DNA of 27,841 nt from a virus (IMGVR_UViG_3300027804_000186:1-27841), one strand, 5' to 3'; counted from the first letter of the stretch, positions 18,143 through 24,658 are shown. The notes: a model not told the origin generated them from the letters alone. Program-made: numbers and translations.

Positions 18143-18167
18143 GCCCTCTTTTATGCAAGGCCAGCTA

Positions 18168-18267
18168 TGTGGGTGGTCAGGGATGCTTCAGCATTTTTGA
18201 CACACCCACACAAGAGGTGCTGCCGGTTCTGAGAATTGAGCATACTTACAAGACGAGAAACTATAGT
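18168..18267 (+). promoter_or_regulatory. Cassette 2 hairpin + promoter module
   Basis: Hairpin 18168-18210; TTGAGC at 18236; N20; TATAGT. Confidence 0.8.
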
Positions 18268-18305
18268 GGTTCTTGTCAGGTAAAACCAAACAAAGGAGAA
18301 CAGCA

Positions 18306-18563
18306 ATGTTCGGATACAAAAAAATAAAATGGGATAGACCCAGCAAGAATACTTGGGTAAGTCCCGATGGGCAATATCGGATAGATATGCTAGACGCTAT
18401 CACCTACTGCCCCTCAAAACAAATGGAAGACCATACTGTGCGCAGTCGTTATGCGTTCAGCAAATTGGCTCAGGCAAAAAAGTGGTGCGATAAAGAGTGC
18501 GAGAAAGATTATCTGCACAATTTACAACTCCACATCAACCAGACAAACCGATACGGTTCTTGA
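18306..18563 (+). CDS. Cassette 2 ORF, 85-aa hypothetical
   Basis: Start moved to MFGYKK after AAAGGAG. Confidence 0.75.
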   Translation: MFGYKKIKWDRPSKNTWVSPDGQYRIDMLDAITYCPSKQMEDHTVRSRYAFSKLAQAKKWCDKECEKDYLHNLQLHINQTNRYGS

Positions 18564-18570
18564 CAAAAAG

Positions 18571-18600
18571 ACCCCAAGCCTTCGGGCTTGGGGTTTTTTT
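18571..18600 (+). terminator. Cassette 2 terminator (cUUCGg loop)
   Basis: ACCCCAAGCC-TTCG-GGCTTGGGGT then T-run. Confidence 0.92.
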
Positions 18601-18610
18601 ATGTGTTTTG

Positions 18611-18710
18611 AAGGGTGGGCAAGGATGCTTCAGCAATCTTGCGCACACCCTTATACACGATGCGATTATTTTCGGGAATTGAGCATACTTGCTCTGAGAG
18701 ATACTATATT
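18611..18710 (+). promoter_or_regulatory. Cassette 3 hairpin + promoter module
   Basis: Hairpin 18611-18652; TTGAGC at 18679; N20; TATATT. Confidence 0.8.
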
Positions 18711-18716
18711 TGTTCT

Positions 18717-18833
18717 TGTAGAGCGTAGTTGCCAACAACTTATGAAGGTGTCCATATAGTTGCCCTCTCCGTAGTAAAGCACGCAGAGGATTACGGTGAT
18801 TATGACTGTTGGATAAGACTTCTACGCTCTACA
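18717..18833 (+). ncRNA. Candidate structured leader RNA in cassette 3
   Basis: Perfect 12-bp closing helix TGTAGAGCGTAG/CTACGCTCTACA starting at the predicted TSS, with several internal helices. Confidence 0.55.
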
Positions 18834-18856
18834 CTTAACAACAAACAAAAGGAGTA

Positions 18857-18982
18857 ATGATGAGAACATTTATTCTGCTTTCAGTATTCGCCATATCTCT
18901 CAGATATCTTATTCGGTATAACCGAGAGTTTGAGGAATACGAAAGCCGTAGCAATCACCCAACCAGCAAACCCCAGCAATAA
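18857..18982 (+). CDS. Cassette 3 ORF: 40-41-aa peptide (M)MRTFILLSVFAISLRYLIRYNREFEEYESRSNHPTSKPQQ
   Basis: AAGGAG RBS; stop directly before the terminator; not in the ORF track. Confidence 0.7.
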   Translation: MMRTFILLSVFAISLRYLIRYNREFEEYESRSNHPTSKPQQ

Positions 18983-18985
18983 ACT

Positions 18986-19019
18986 AAACCCCCAAGCCTT
19001 CGGGCTTGGGGGTTTTTTT
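18986..19019 (+). terminator. Cassette 3 terminator (cUUCGg loop)
   Basis: CCCCCAAGCC-TTCG-GGCTTGGGGG then T7. Confidence 0.92.
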
Positions 19020-19030
19020 GTACCTGGTTT

Positions 19031-19131
19031 TGCGGGAGGGCAGGGATGCTTTAGCATTCTTGCACACACCCGCACACACGGTACACGCATTCACAAGAAT
19101 TGAGCATACTTACAAGACGAGGTGCTAAATT
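19031..19131 (+). promoter_or_regulatory. Cassette 4 hairpin + promoter module
   Basis: Hairpin 19031-19074; TTGAGC at 19100; N20; TGC-TAAATT. Confidence 0.8.
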
Positions 19132-19165
19132 GTTTCTTGTCGGGGTAGCCTGAGGAGGCAACACT

Positions 19166-19360
19166 ATGACTAAGGTAATTGATACTAAGGCACTTAGTGA
19201 CGAGCAGTTAAAGACGCTCGTTGCCGAGTTAATCACACTTACGGCAATTCAGGAATCCAAGATTGACGCACTTGCAAAGCGTCAAGCCAAATTCCAAAGG
19301 CTCGCTGAACTACTTGTCAAGCAGTTCAATGACCTTGAAACGCAAGTGAATACCAAATAG
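19166..19360 (+). CDS. Cassette 4 ORF, 64-aa coiled-coil protein
   Basis: GAGGAGG RBS; heptad pattern. Confidence 0.8.
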   Translation: MTKVIDTKALSDEQLKTLVAELITLTAIQESKIDALAKRQAKFQRLAELLVKQFNDLETQVNTK

Positions 19361-19414
19361 TCCAATAATCACCTAGCAACGAGAAACCCACCCCGATACT
19401 CAGTTGCGAAAGAG

Positions 19415-19446
19415 ACCCCAAGCCTTCGGGCTTGGGGTTTTTTTTT
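19415..19446 (+). terminator. Cassette 4 terminator (cUUCGg loop)
   Basis: ACCCCAAGCC-TTCG-GGCTTGGGGT then T-run. Confidence 0.92.
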
Positions 19447-19458
19447 GTGCCCGATTTC

Positions 19459-19558
19459 GTGGGCGGTCAAGGATGCTTTAGCTTTCTTGAGCACGCCCAC
19501 TCACACGGTACACGCATTCACAATAATTGAGCATACTTACAAGACGAGATGCTAGATT
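19459..19558 (+). promoter_or_regulatory. Cassette 5 hairpin + promoter module
   Basis: Hairpin 19459-19500 with compensatory GGGCG/CGCCC; TTGAGC at 19527; N20; TGC-TAGATT. Confidence 0.8.
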
Positions 19559-19598
19559 GTTTGTTGTCAGGTAATAACAAAAACAAAGGAGAGTAGTA

Positions 19599-19841
19599 AT
19601 GTCTAAGTCAACTTTAGTTCAGTCAGCCGAATCAGTGTTTGTTCAGCGAATGCTTAAATGGCAGTGCCCAAAGGAATCTTGGGAAACTGACTTTGACGGC
19701 AAAGAAGTCGTTATGTATGAATTCAGTTTTGGGCTTTGCTGTGATGGCTCAATCACAGTTTGGGCTTACAAAGGCGATAACGATGAATTTGTCATTGTTA
19801 AGTCAGTGAACGAGCCAGTCAAGTTCAGCAATTTACAATAA
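19599..19841 (+). CDS. Cassette 5 ORF, 80-aa hypothetical
   Basis: AAAGGAG RBS; ends before the terminator. Confidence 0.78.
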   Translation: MSKSTLVQSAESVFVQRMLKWQCPKESWETDFDGKEVVMYEFSFGLCCDGSITVWAYKGDNDEFVIVKSVNEPVKFSNLQ

Positions 19842-19850
19842 TCCCCCCAG

Positions 19851-19884
19851 TCCCCCAAGCCTTCGGGCTTGGGGGATTTTTTTT
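19851..19884 (+). terminator. Cassette 5 terminator (cUUCGg loop)
   Basis: TCCCCCAAGCC-TTCG-GGCTTGGGGGA then T8. Confidence 0.92.
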
Positions 19885-19893
19885 GTCTCGTTT

Positions 19894-19994
19894 GACGGGT
19901 GGGCAGGGATGCTTCAGCATTCTTGCACACACCCGTTCACACGGGGCATATATTCTCAATAATTGAGCATACTTACAATGCAAGATACTAGATT
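19894..19994 (+). promoter_or_regulatory. Cassette 6 hairpin + promoter module
   Basis: Hairpin 19894-19937; TTGAGC at 19963; N20; TAGATT. Confidence 0.8.
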
Positions 19995-20034
19995 GTTTCT
20001 TGTTAGGAAACAACCAAACACGAAAGAGAGCAAT

Positions 20035-20361
20035 ATGAATAAGTATTTAACCAAAATAGTCTTTACTGAAATAGATAAAGACAAAGAACCAATTCACGAT
20101 TATCAAGAGCAACAAGTAGAATTTGAAGCTGAAGATGATCATAAAGCACTGGAAATGTTACTGGAAGTTATTACAGATATGCGCAAGAGGTTTGCGAATA
20201 GCACTCTGCCAACTCGGGTAACTGCCGATGGGCTCTATGTCTGTAAGCCAGTTGATATTTCCAAATACACAAATAACGAAATAGAATTATTGAGTTATTT
20301 GACCAGCGGTAACATTGCTTATCTTCGCCATTGGGATATTCGCTCACTGAACGAAGTGTAA
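20035..20361 (+). CDS. Cassette 6 ORF, 108-aa hypothetical
   Basis: Start moved to MNKYLTK after GAAAGAGAG; the track's TTG start lies inside the promoter box. Confidence 0.75.
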   Translation: MNKYLTKIVFTEIDKDKEPIHDYQEQQVEFEAEDDHKALEMLLEVITDMRKRFANSTLPTRVTADGLYVCKPVDISKYTNNEIELLSYLTSGNIAYLRHWDIRSLNEV

Positions 20362-20369
20362 ACCCCCAG

Positions 20370-20403
20370 TCCCCCAAGCCTTCGGGCTTGGGGGATTTTT
20401 TTT
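20370..20403 (+). terminator. Cassette 6 terminator (cUUCGg loop)
   Basis: Same sequence as the cassette 5 terminator. Confidence 0.92.
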
Positions 20404-20415
20404 GTACCCGATTAG

Positions 20416-20515
20416 GCTGGTGGGTGAAAAAGCTTTAGCTATTTTTCGCGTACCAGCGCAGGGCATCAAATTATTTGGGGAAATTGAGCATATTTCCTTC
20501 ACTAAAGACTAAATT
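20416..20515 (+). promoter_or_regulatory. Cassette 7 hairpin + promoter module
   Basis: Hairpin 20416-20457 (AGCT-TT-AGCT); TTGAGC at 20484; N20; TAAATT. Confidence 0.78.
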
Positions 20516-20567
20516 AGTTCTCGTTGGCAAGTGCCAATGAAATACACAACCAAAAGGAATAACCACT

Positions 20568-20870
20568 ATGAAGATTAACCTAAGCGATATTCAAGGCTTG
20601 GTTGTTACTCGTGGGCGTAAGCCATACGAGAACGCCGAGTTATTGGCAGACATCAAAAGCCTTGACCCGTCAAACCCGAATGACGCGCTGTGCTGGGAAG
20701 AAGCCGAAGGAGACCCGTCAGATGACGAGTACAACCTTCATAAGGCGAAATTCCGAAGCCGAGCCGAAGCCGTTGCCACTCAGGCAGGCGTAGAAATTTC
20801 TACGACTTGGCTTACAGACGGGCGAATGGTCATCAAATTGAAGCCGAATAAGAAGAAGGCTTCTAAGTAA
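20568..20870 (+). CDS. Cassette 7 ORF, 100-aa protein with RGRK motif (paralogue of cassette 8 ORF)
   Basis: AAAGGA RBS; aligns end to end with 21174..21470. Confidence 0.85.
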   Translation: MKINLSDIQGLVVTRGRKPYENAELLADIKSLDPSNPNDALCWEEAEGDPSDDEYNLHKAKFRSRAEAVATQAGVEISTTWLTDGRMVIKLKPNKKKASK

Positions 20871-20886
20871 GCCCCCCCCGAATACG

Positions 20887-20925
20887 AAAAGCCCCGAGCC
20901 CTACTCCTTAGGCTCGGGGCTTTTT
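20887..20925 (+). terminator. Cassette 7 terminator
   Basis: AAAAGCCCCGAGCC-loop-GGCTCGGGGC-TTTTT. Confidence 0.88.
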
Positions 20926-20966
20926 GCTGGCGTACAACTTTTGCTGAAGCAAAGTTGTACGCCAGT
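20926..20966 (-). repeat. Inverted-orientation copy of the cassette hairpin
   Basis: CTGGCGTACAACTTTTGCT-GA-AGCAAAGTTGTACGCCAG; core GCTGAAGC is the reverse complement of GCTTCAGC. Confidence 0.75.
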
Positions 20967-21019
20967 CTGCCTATGCCCGGATTCTCTTTTTCTTTAGTAC
21001 ACATTCTCAAACCATAAGC

Positions 21020-21120
21020 CGCTGGCGTGCGAAAAAGCTTTAGCTATTTTTTGCACGCCAGCGCAGGCTAGGGAATTATTAGGGAAAATTGAGCATATTT
21101 ACAATTCATTATGCTTAAAT
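21020..21120 (+). promoter_or_regulatory. Cassette 8 hairpin + promoter module
   Basis: Hairpin 21020-21063; TTGAGC at 21089; N20; TGC-TTAAAT. Confidence 0.78.
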
Positions 21121-21173
21121 GGTTGATGTCGGCAATCAGCCGATGAAACAAAACACACAAATGAGGTAATCAA

Positions 21174-21470
21174 ATGAAAATCAACTTAAGCGATATCCAG
21201 TCGTTAGTGGTAGGTCGTGGGCGTAAGCCTTACGAAAATGCCGAACTATTGGCAGATATCAAATCCCTCAATGCGAGCGACCCAAATGACGCAATCGTTT
21301 GGACTGACGCAACGGGAAACCCGACTGACGAGGACTATGCAAACCACAAGGCAAAGTTTCGCAGTCGTGCTGAGGCAGTCGCAACGCAGGCAGGTGTGGA
21401 GATCAGCACTGTGTGGTTGAGCGATGGTCGTTTGGTAATCAAACTCAAAGCCAAAGCAAAACGCAAGTAA
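21174..21470 (+). CDS. Cassette 8 ORF, 98-aa paralogue of cassette 7 ORF
   Basis: GAGG RBS; about three-quarters identical by manual alignment. Confidence 0.85.
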   Translation: MKINLSDIQSLVVGRGRKPYENAELLADIKSLNASDPNDAIVWTDATGNPTDEDYANHKAKFRSRAEAVATQAGVEISTVWLSDGRLVIKLKAKAKRK

Positions 21471-21497
21471 TTTAACTAATTTATTAGTTAAGCAAAT

Positions 21498-21530
21498 AAG
21501 CCCCAAGTCCCAAAGGATTTGGGGCTTTTT
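21498..21530 (+). terminator. Cassette 8 terminator
   Basis: AAGCCCCAAGTCC-CAAA-GGATTTGGGGCTTTTT. Confidence 0.88.
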
Positions 21531-21571
21531 GCTGTCGTTCAAATTTTGCTGAAGCAAATTTGAACGACAGC
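21531..21571 (-). repeat. Second inverted-orientation cassette hairpin
   Basis: GCTGTCGTTCAAATTTTGCT-GA-AGCAAATTTGAACGACAGC. Confidence 0.75.
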
Positions 21572-22365
21572 CCATGTGCTAAACATTGCCTTACTTTTTT
21601 TAATACAATTACTAATTGTGATTGATCATTTAGGCGGGTGCTCCAAAAAGAAATGCATTTGTTTTTGTACACCCGTCAAATTTTTTTATTTTTTCTCTTA
21701 ACTTTAACGGATATTATTAATCACATCATATAGTTTTAATTAAATTAATAATTTCTATTTGGTTTTGTGCCGGGTATACGGCCTTTATATGGCTCTCTAA
21801 TTGTGATGAATTACATAGATGTAACTAATGAACTATATATCTGATTATTGCCTAGGATAATTAAAGAATCTATCCCCGCCAATAATTTTTCATAATCTGG
21901 CCCATAAAATAACGGGGATTATAATTTATAATATATCTACCTAGATAGAGATAGATAGAGGGAGTAATAAAGTCAATTAGGTTCTTTTAAACTTAAAATT
22001 CACCCAAAATATTGACATAAGGGGATTCAAATAGGGTCTCTTGATATGAGTGTTTTTTTTAATCACTTTTTTCATTAAAAAATGTGTTTTTTTATTGATT
22101 AATTAAATATTTACTCAAAAAATGCAAAAAAAATGCCCAAAAACAAGCATTTTTTTATGCTTATTTCTGGGCATTTAGGCACTAAATCGCGCATTAAATC
22201 GGTGATATATCGATGATATATTACACCTAATTAAAAAAAACAATTACTTTAATTTATTCTTTATTTTATTTTTATGAACTCCACCATGATTTATATATAC
22301 ACAATAGATTTGGAGCGTCTGTCTCTCATACTTTACCTATTTTTGGGTTTTGCTTAGGTATATTT

Positions 22366-22680
22366 TTATCTTGTATATATATCCATTTGAAATAGTCTTT
22401 CTTCTATTTCTTCATCTTCTTTGGCAGCTTGTTTAGCTTCTGCTTTTAAATGTTGTTCTTCTTCATATTCGTCATTACTCTTTTCATCTATAATAAACCC
22501 TAGTATTTCTTCTACCCAAGTTAAAGCTGAAACATATCCTTCAAAGTATGATACATAATGTTGATCATCTTTAAAATTTATTTCTCTTTCCCCGTCTTTT
22601 ATACGATCTGATACTTCGTTTAAAAGATTCTTTATATCATTCAACATCATCACCAAAAATTTCCTTTCTTTTTCTTTCAT
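22366..22680 (-). CDS. Hypothetical acidic protein
   Basis: 104-aa ORF; the true start may be the internal Met pair near 22650. Confidence 0.6.
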   Translation of the reverse strand: MKEKERKFLVMMLNDIKNLLNEVSDRIKDGEREINFKDDQHYVSYFEGYVSALTWVEEILGFIIDEKSNDEYEEEQHLKAEAKQAAKEDEEIEERLFQMDIYTR

Positions 22681-22789
22681 GATGCCTTCTCTTTATGGCA
22701 TTATTAATTGCAGCCATTTTAGCTAGATCTTCTTTTTCTTTTATTTTACGAGATGTTTCTGCATCCCAGCTTTCATTCATTTGTTTCAT
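22637..22789 (-). CDS. 50-aa hypothetical protein (MKQMNESWDAE...)
   Basis: Hand-translated; GGAGG 6 nt upstream. Confidence 0.55.
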   Translation of the reverse strand: MKQMNESWDAETSRKIKEKEDLAKMAAINNAIKRRHHERKRKEIFGDDVE

Positions 22790-22801
22790 CTTCATCCTCC
22801 C

Positions 22802-22951
22802 CTAATCGTTATTTAAAGTGTTAATGAATTCATTTAACCCGGCTTCTAAATTAGAAATTTGCCGCTTTAATGATTCAACATTATCTCTTAGGTTTTGCAG
22901 GGCTACTTCAAAATGCATTTCTTCATCTGTATACAATTTACCTATAAACAT
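22802..22951 (-). CDS. 49-aa coiled-coil hypothetical protein (MFIGKLYTDEE...)
   Basis: Hand-translated; GAGG upstream; tiles the operon. Confidence 0.55.
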   Translation of the reverse strand: MFIGKLYTDEEMHFEVALQNLRDNVESLKRQISNLEAGLNEFINTLNND

Positions 22952-23102
22952 CTCTAACCTCTCTAATAATCCAATATTCTCCTGTATCCGGTTTTAAAGC
23001 CCAACCTTTTTCTTTACTCCAGTAATAACTTGGTTCAGGCTTTACTTTTACCCATTCCAATTCTTTTATCCATTCACGTTTTTCATTATTATTCGCAATC
23101 AT
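22938..23102 (-). CDS. 54-aa Trp-rich hypothetical protein (MIANNNEKREW...)
   Basis: Hand-translated; overlaps both neighbours. Confidence 0.5.
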   Translation of the reverse strand: MIANNNEKREWIKELEWVKVKPEPSYYWSKEKGWALKPDTGEYWIIREVRDVYR

Positions 23103-23259
23103 GACCAAAACCTATTTCATCTTCACTTAACAATAAAGTACATTCAGGACAAGCGCTATAATAAAAAATACCTGTTTCCGGATCTTCAATTACAGTTACT
23201 CCACTCACCTTAATTTTTTTCATATTCGGGATATCTCTTACATACTTTAAACTAGACAT
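23089..23259 (-). CDS. 56-aa protein with CPEC...HDC putative zinc site
   Basis: Hand-translated; GAGGG upstream. Confidence 0.55.
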   Translation of the reverse strand: MSSLKYVRDIPNMKKIKVSGVTVIEDPETGIFYYSACPECTLLLSEDEIGFGHDCE

Positions 23260-23332
23260 TACTGCCCTCTTTTCTTTTTATAATTAGATATGTTTTTATA
23301 TTTATTATCCTTAGTAATATATTGGTGATATA

Positions 23333-24031
23333 TTAGGAATATATTTGTTCTTTTTGTATCTTTAAAAAAGTAGTATATAGTGGATTCTGGTTAAAGAATT
23401 CTGTAGGTGTAGCCCCATTTTTTATTGCTTCCAAAAAGTCTTGATGAAGATCGTTTTTCATCTTAATATTTCCCAATAAGCTTGCCACTATCGCATACAT
23501 TTTCATTTGCTCTGTATTTGTTTGCTTAAACAAAGAATGAAAATCACTTGATTCTGTAAGTTTTTTGTTATAATTTACTAGAAAGTTCATATCTCTCCAA
23601 AGTAAATAACAAGCAAAATACCAATCTTTTGTGCTTACATTATCATGAATATATTGAAACCATTGAAGCATATTATAAATTTCAGAAGTAAAGGTTAATT
23701 CAGGGTTAGACCTTTCTACTAAATCTCTAATTTGAATTTCTTCAATGCTTAAGTTTTCATCTGAATCTTCATTATAATATTTAATATTTACTAAAGGACC
23801 AACAGCACATTGTAACATTTTTGGATTATCTGGGTCAGTTAATTCATCTATATAAAAATATCTGCAGCCTTGTTCACTTTCCGATTTTTCATTTTGAGTT
23901 AAAAGATGAATTACAACCCTATCAAATAACTCACCTTCTGTTTTAACAGGAACATAATTCCATATTTTATCCATACTTAAATTTAAATTATTATTGTTTT
24001 CCATTTTATATTGATTCCTCTCCTGTATCAA
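23333..24031 (-). CDS. Hypothetical protein (CRY...CAVG...Q..HD family)
   Basis: 232-aa ORF; the real start is probably MENNNN after GAGGA. Confidence 0.7.
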   Translation of the reverse strand: MIQERNQYKMENNNNLNLSMDKIWNYVPVKTEGELFDRVVIHLLTQNEKSESEQGCRYFYIDELTDPDNPKMLQCAVGPLVNIKYYNEDSDENLSIEEIQIRDLVERSNPELTFTSEIYNMLQWFQYIHDNVSTKDWYFACYLLWRDMNFLVNYNKKLTESSDFHSLFKQTNTEQMKMYAIVASLLGNIKMKNDLHQDFLEAIKNGATPTEFFNQNPLYTTFLKIQKEQIYS

Positions 24032-24638
24032 TTTCTGCTAAATCAGCAGTAAAAATTGGGCCATTTCCAAATCCATGATCTAAAACAATTTCTTCATCTA
24101 TTAACATTTTTAACAATGTAATTGCATTTTCTGGAGTAATTGTCGTATAATCTATATCGTATTGTGAATCAGAATATTCATAACCATATTCAAACCAAAC
24201 ATCATTTTCTAGTTTTAAATTAGAAAATCTTGGATCTTTTGTCCAAAGCAAATACTTCCAAACAGAATAATCACCTCCATAATAAAGACTTTTGCCTTCA
24301 TTTTTAGTCAAACCTAAAAATCTATTTGCTTCCTTTTCAAAATAATATGATGTATGTTCTTTTCCTTCTTTTCCTGAAAGATTAAGAAAAGGATTTTTCC
24401 AATCATTCGCTACTGCTGTAGCAAAACCAGCAATACAACCAACAGAATCGCAATTAAATAAATCTGTAGATGTAAAATCTTCCATTTCAAAAATAACGTT
24501 TACTAATTGATTATAAACATAATCATTTTCTGTTAAAGATTCTCTATCAACTTCTCCAACAAAAGTTGCCATATTAAATTTATGTTTACCATCAAATTCA
24601 ATTGCTTTAATTAATTTTTCAATATTTTCTTTATTCAT
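24006..24638 (-). CDS. Hypothetical protein, paralogue of 24659..25282
   Basis: Shared LFNCDSVGCIAGFATAVANDWKNPFLN; AGGAG RBS. Confidence 0.82.
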   Translation of the reverse strand: MNKENIEKLIKAIEFDGKHKFNMATFVGEVDRESLTENDYVYNQLVNVIFEMEDFTSTDLFNCDSVGCIAGFATAVANDWKNPFLNLSGKEGKEHTSYYFEKEANRFLGLTKNEGKSLYYGGDYSVWKYLLWTKDPRFSNLKLENDVWFEYGYEYSDSQYDIDYTTITPENAITLLKMLIDEEIVLDHGFGNGPIFTADLAEIDTGEESI

Positions 24639-24658
24639 TATTATCTCCTGTTTTTGTT

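Larger units (their letters stand above)
17851..21571 (+). repeat. Array of eight hairpin-promoter-ORF-terminator cassettes
   Basis: AATTGAGCATA at 17915, 18234, 18677, 19098, 19525, 19961, 20482, 21087, each preceded by a GCTTYAGC-centred hairpin and followed by one ORF and a terminator. Confidence 0.92.

Noticed and set aside
17851-21571. CRISPR array interpretation of the repeats
   Set aside because: Units are ~320-600 bp apart, the intervening DNA is ORFs with RBS and terminators, and there are no cas genes.
17851-21571. Classical integron with attC sites
   Set aside because: No RYYYAAC/GTTRRRY boxes bounding the hairpins, no intI in the window, and every cassette has its own promoter and terminator.
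18073-21672. Track ORFs crossing cassette frames (18073+, 18451+, 18497+, 18188-, 18535-, 18881-, 19051-, 19825-, 20780-, 21246-, 21484-), some sharing LKHPCPP...PSPKAWG
   Set aside because: The shared peptides are translations of the repeated hairpin and terminator DNA; the ORFs lack RBSs and span terminators.
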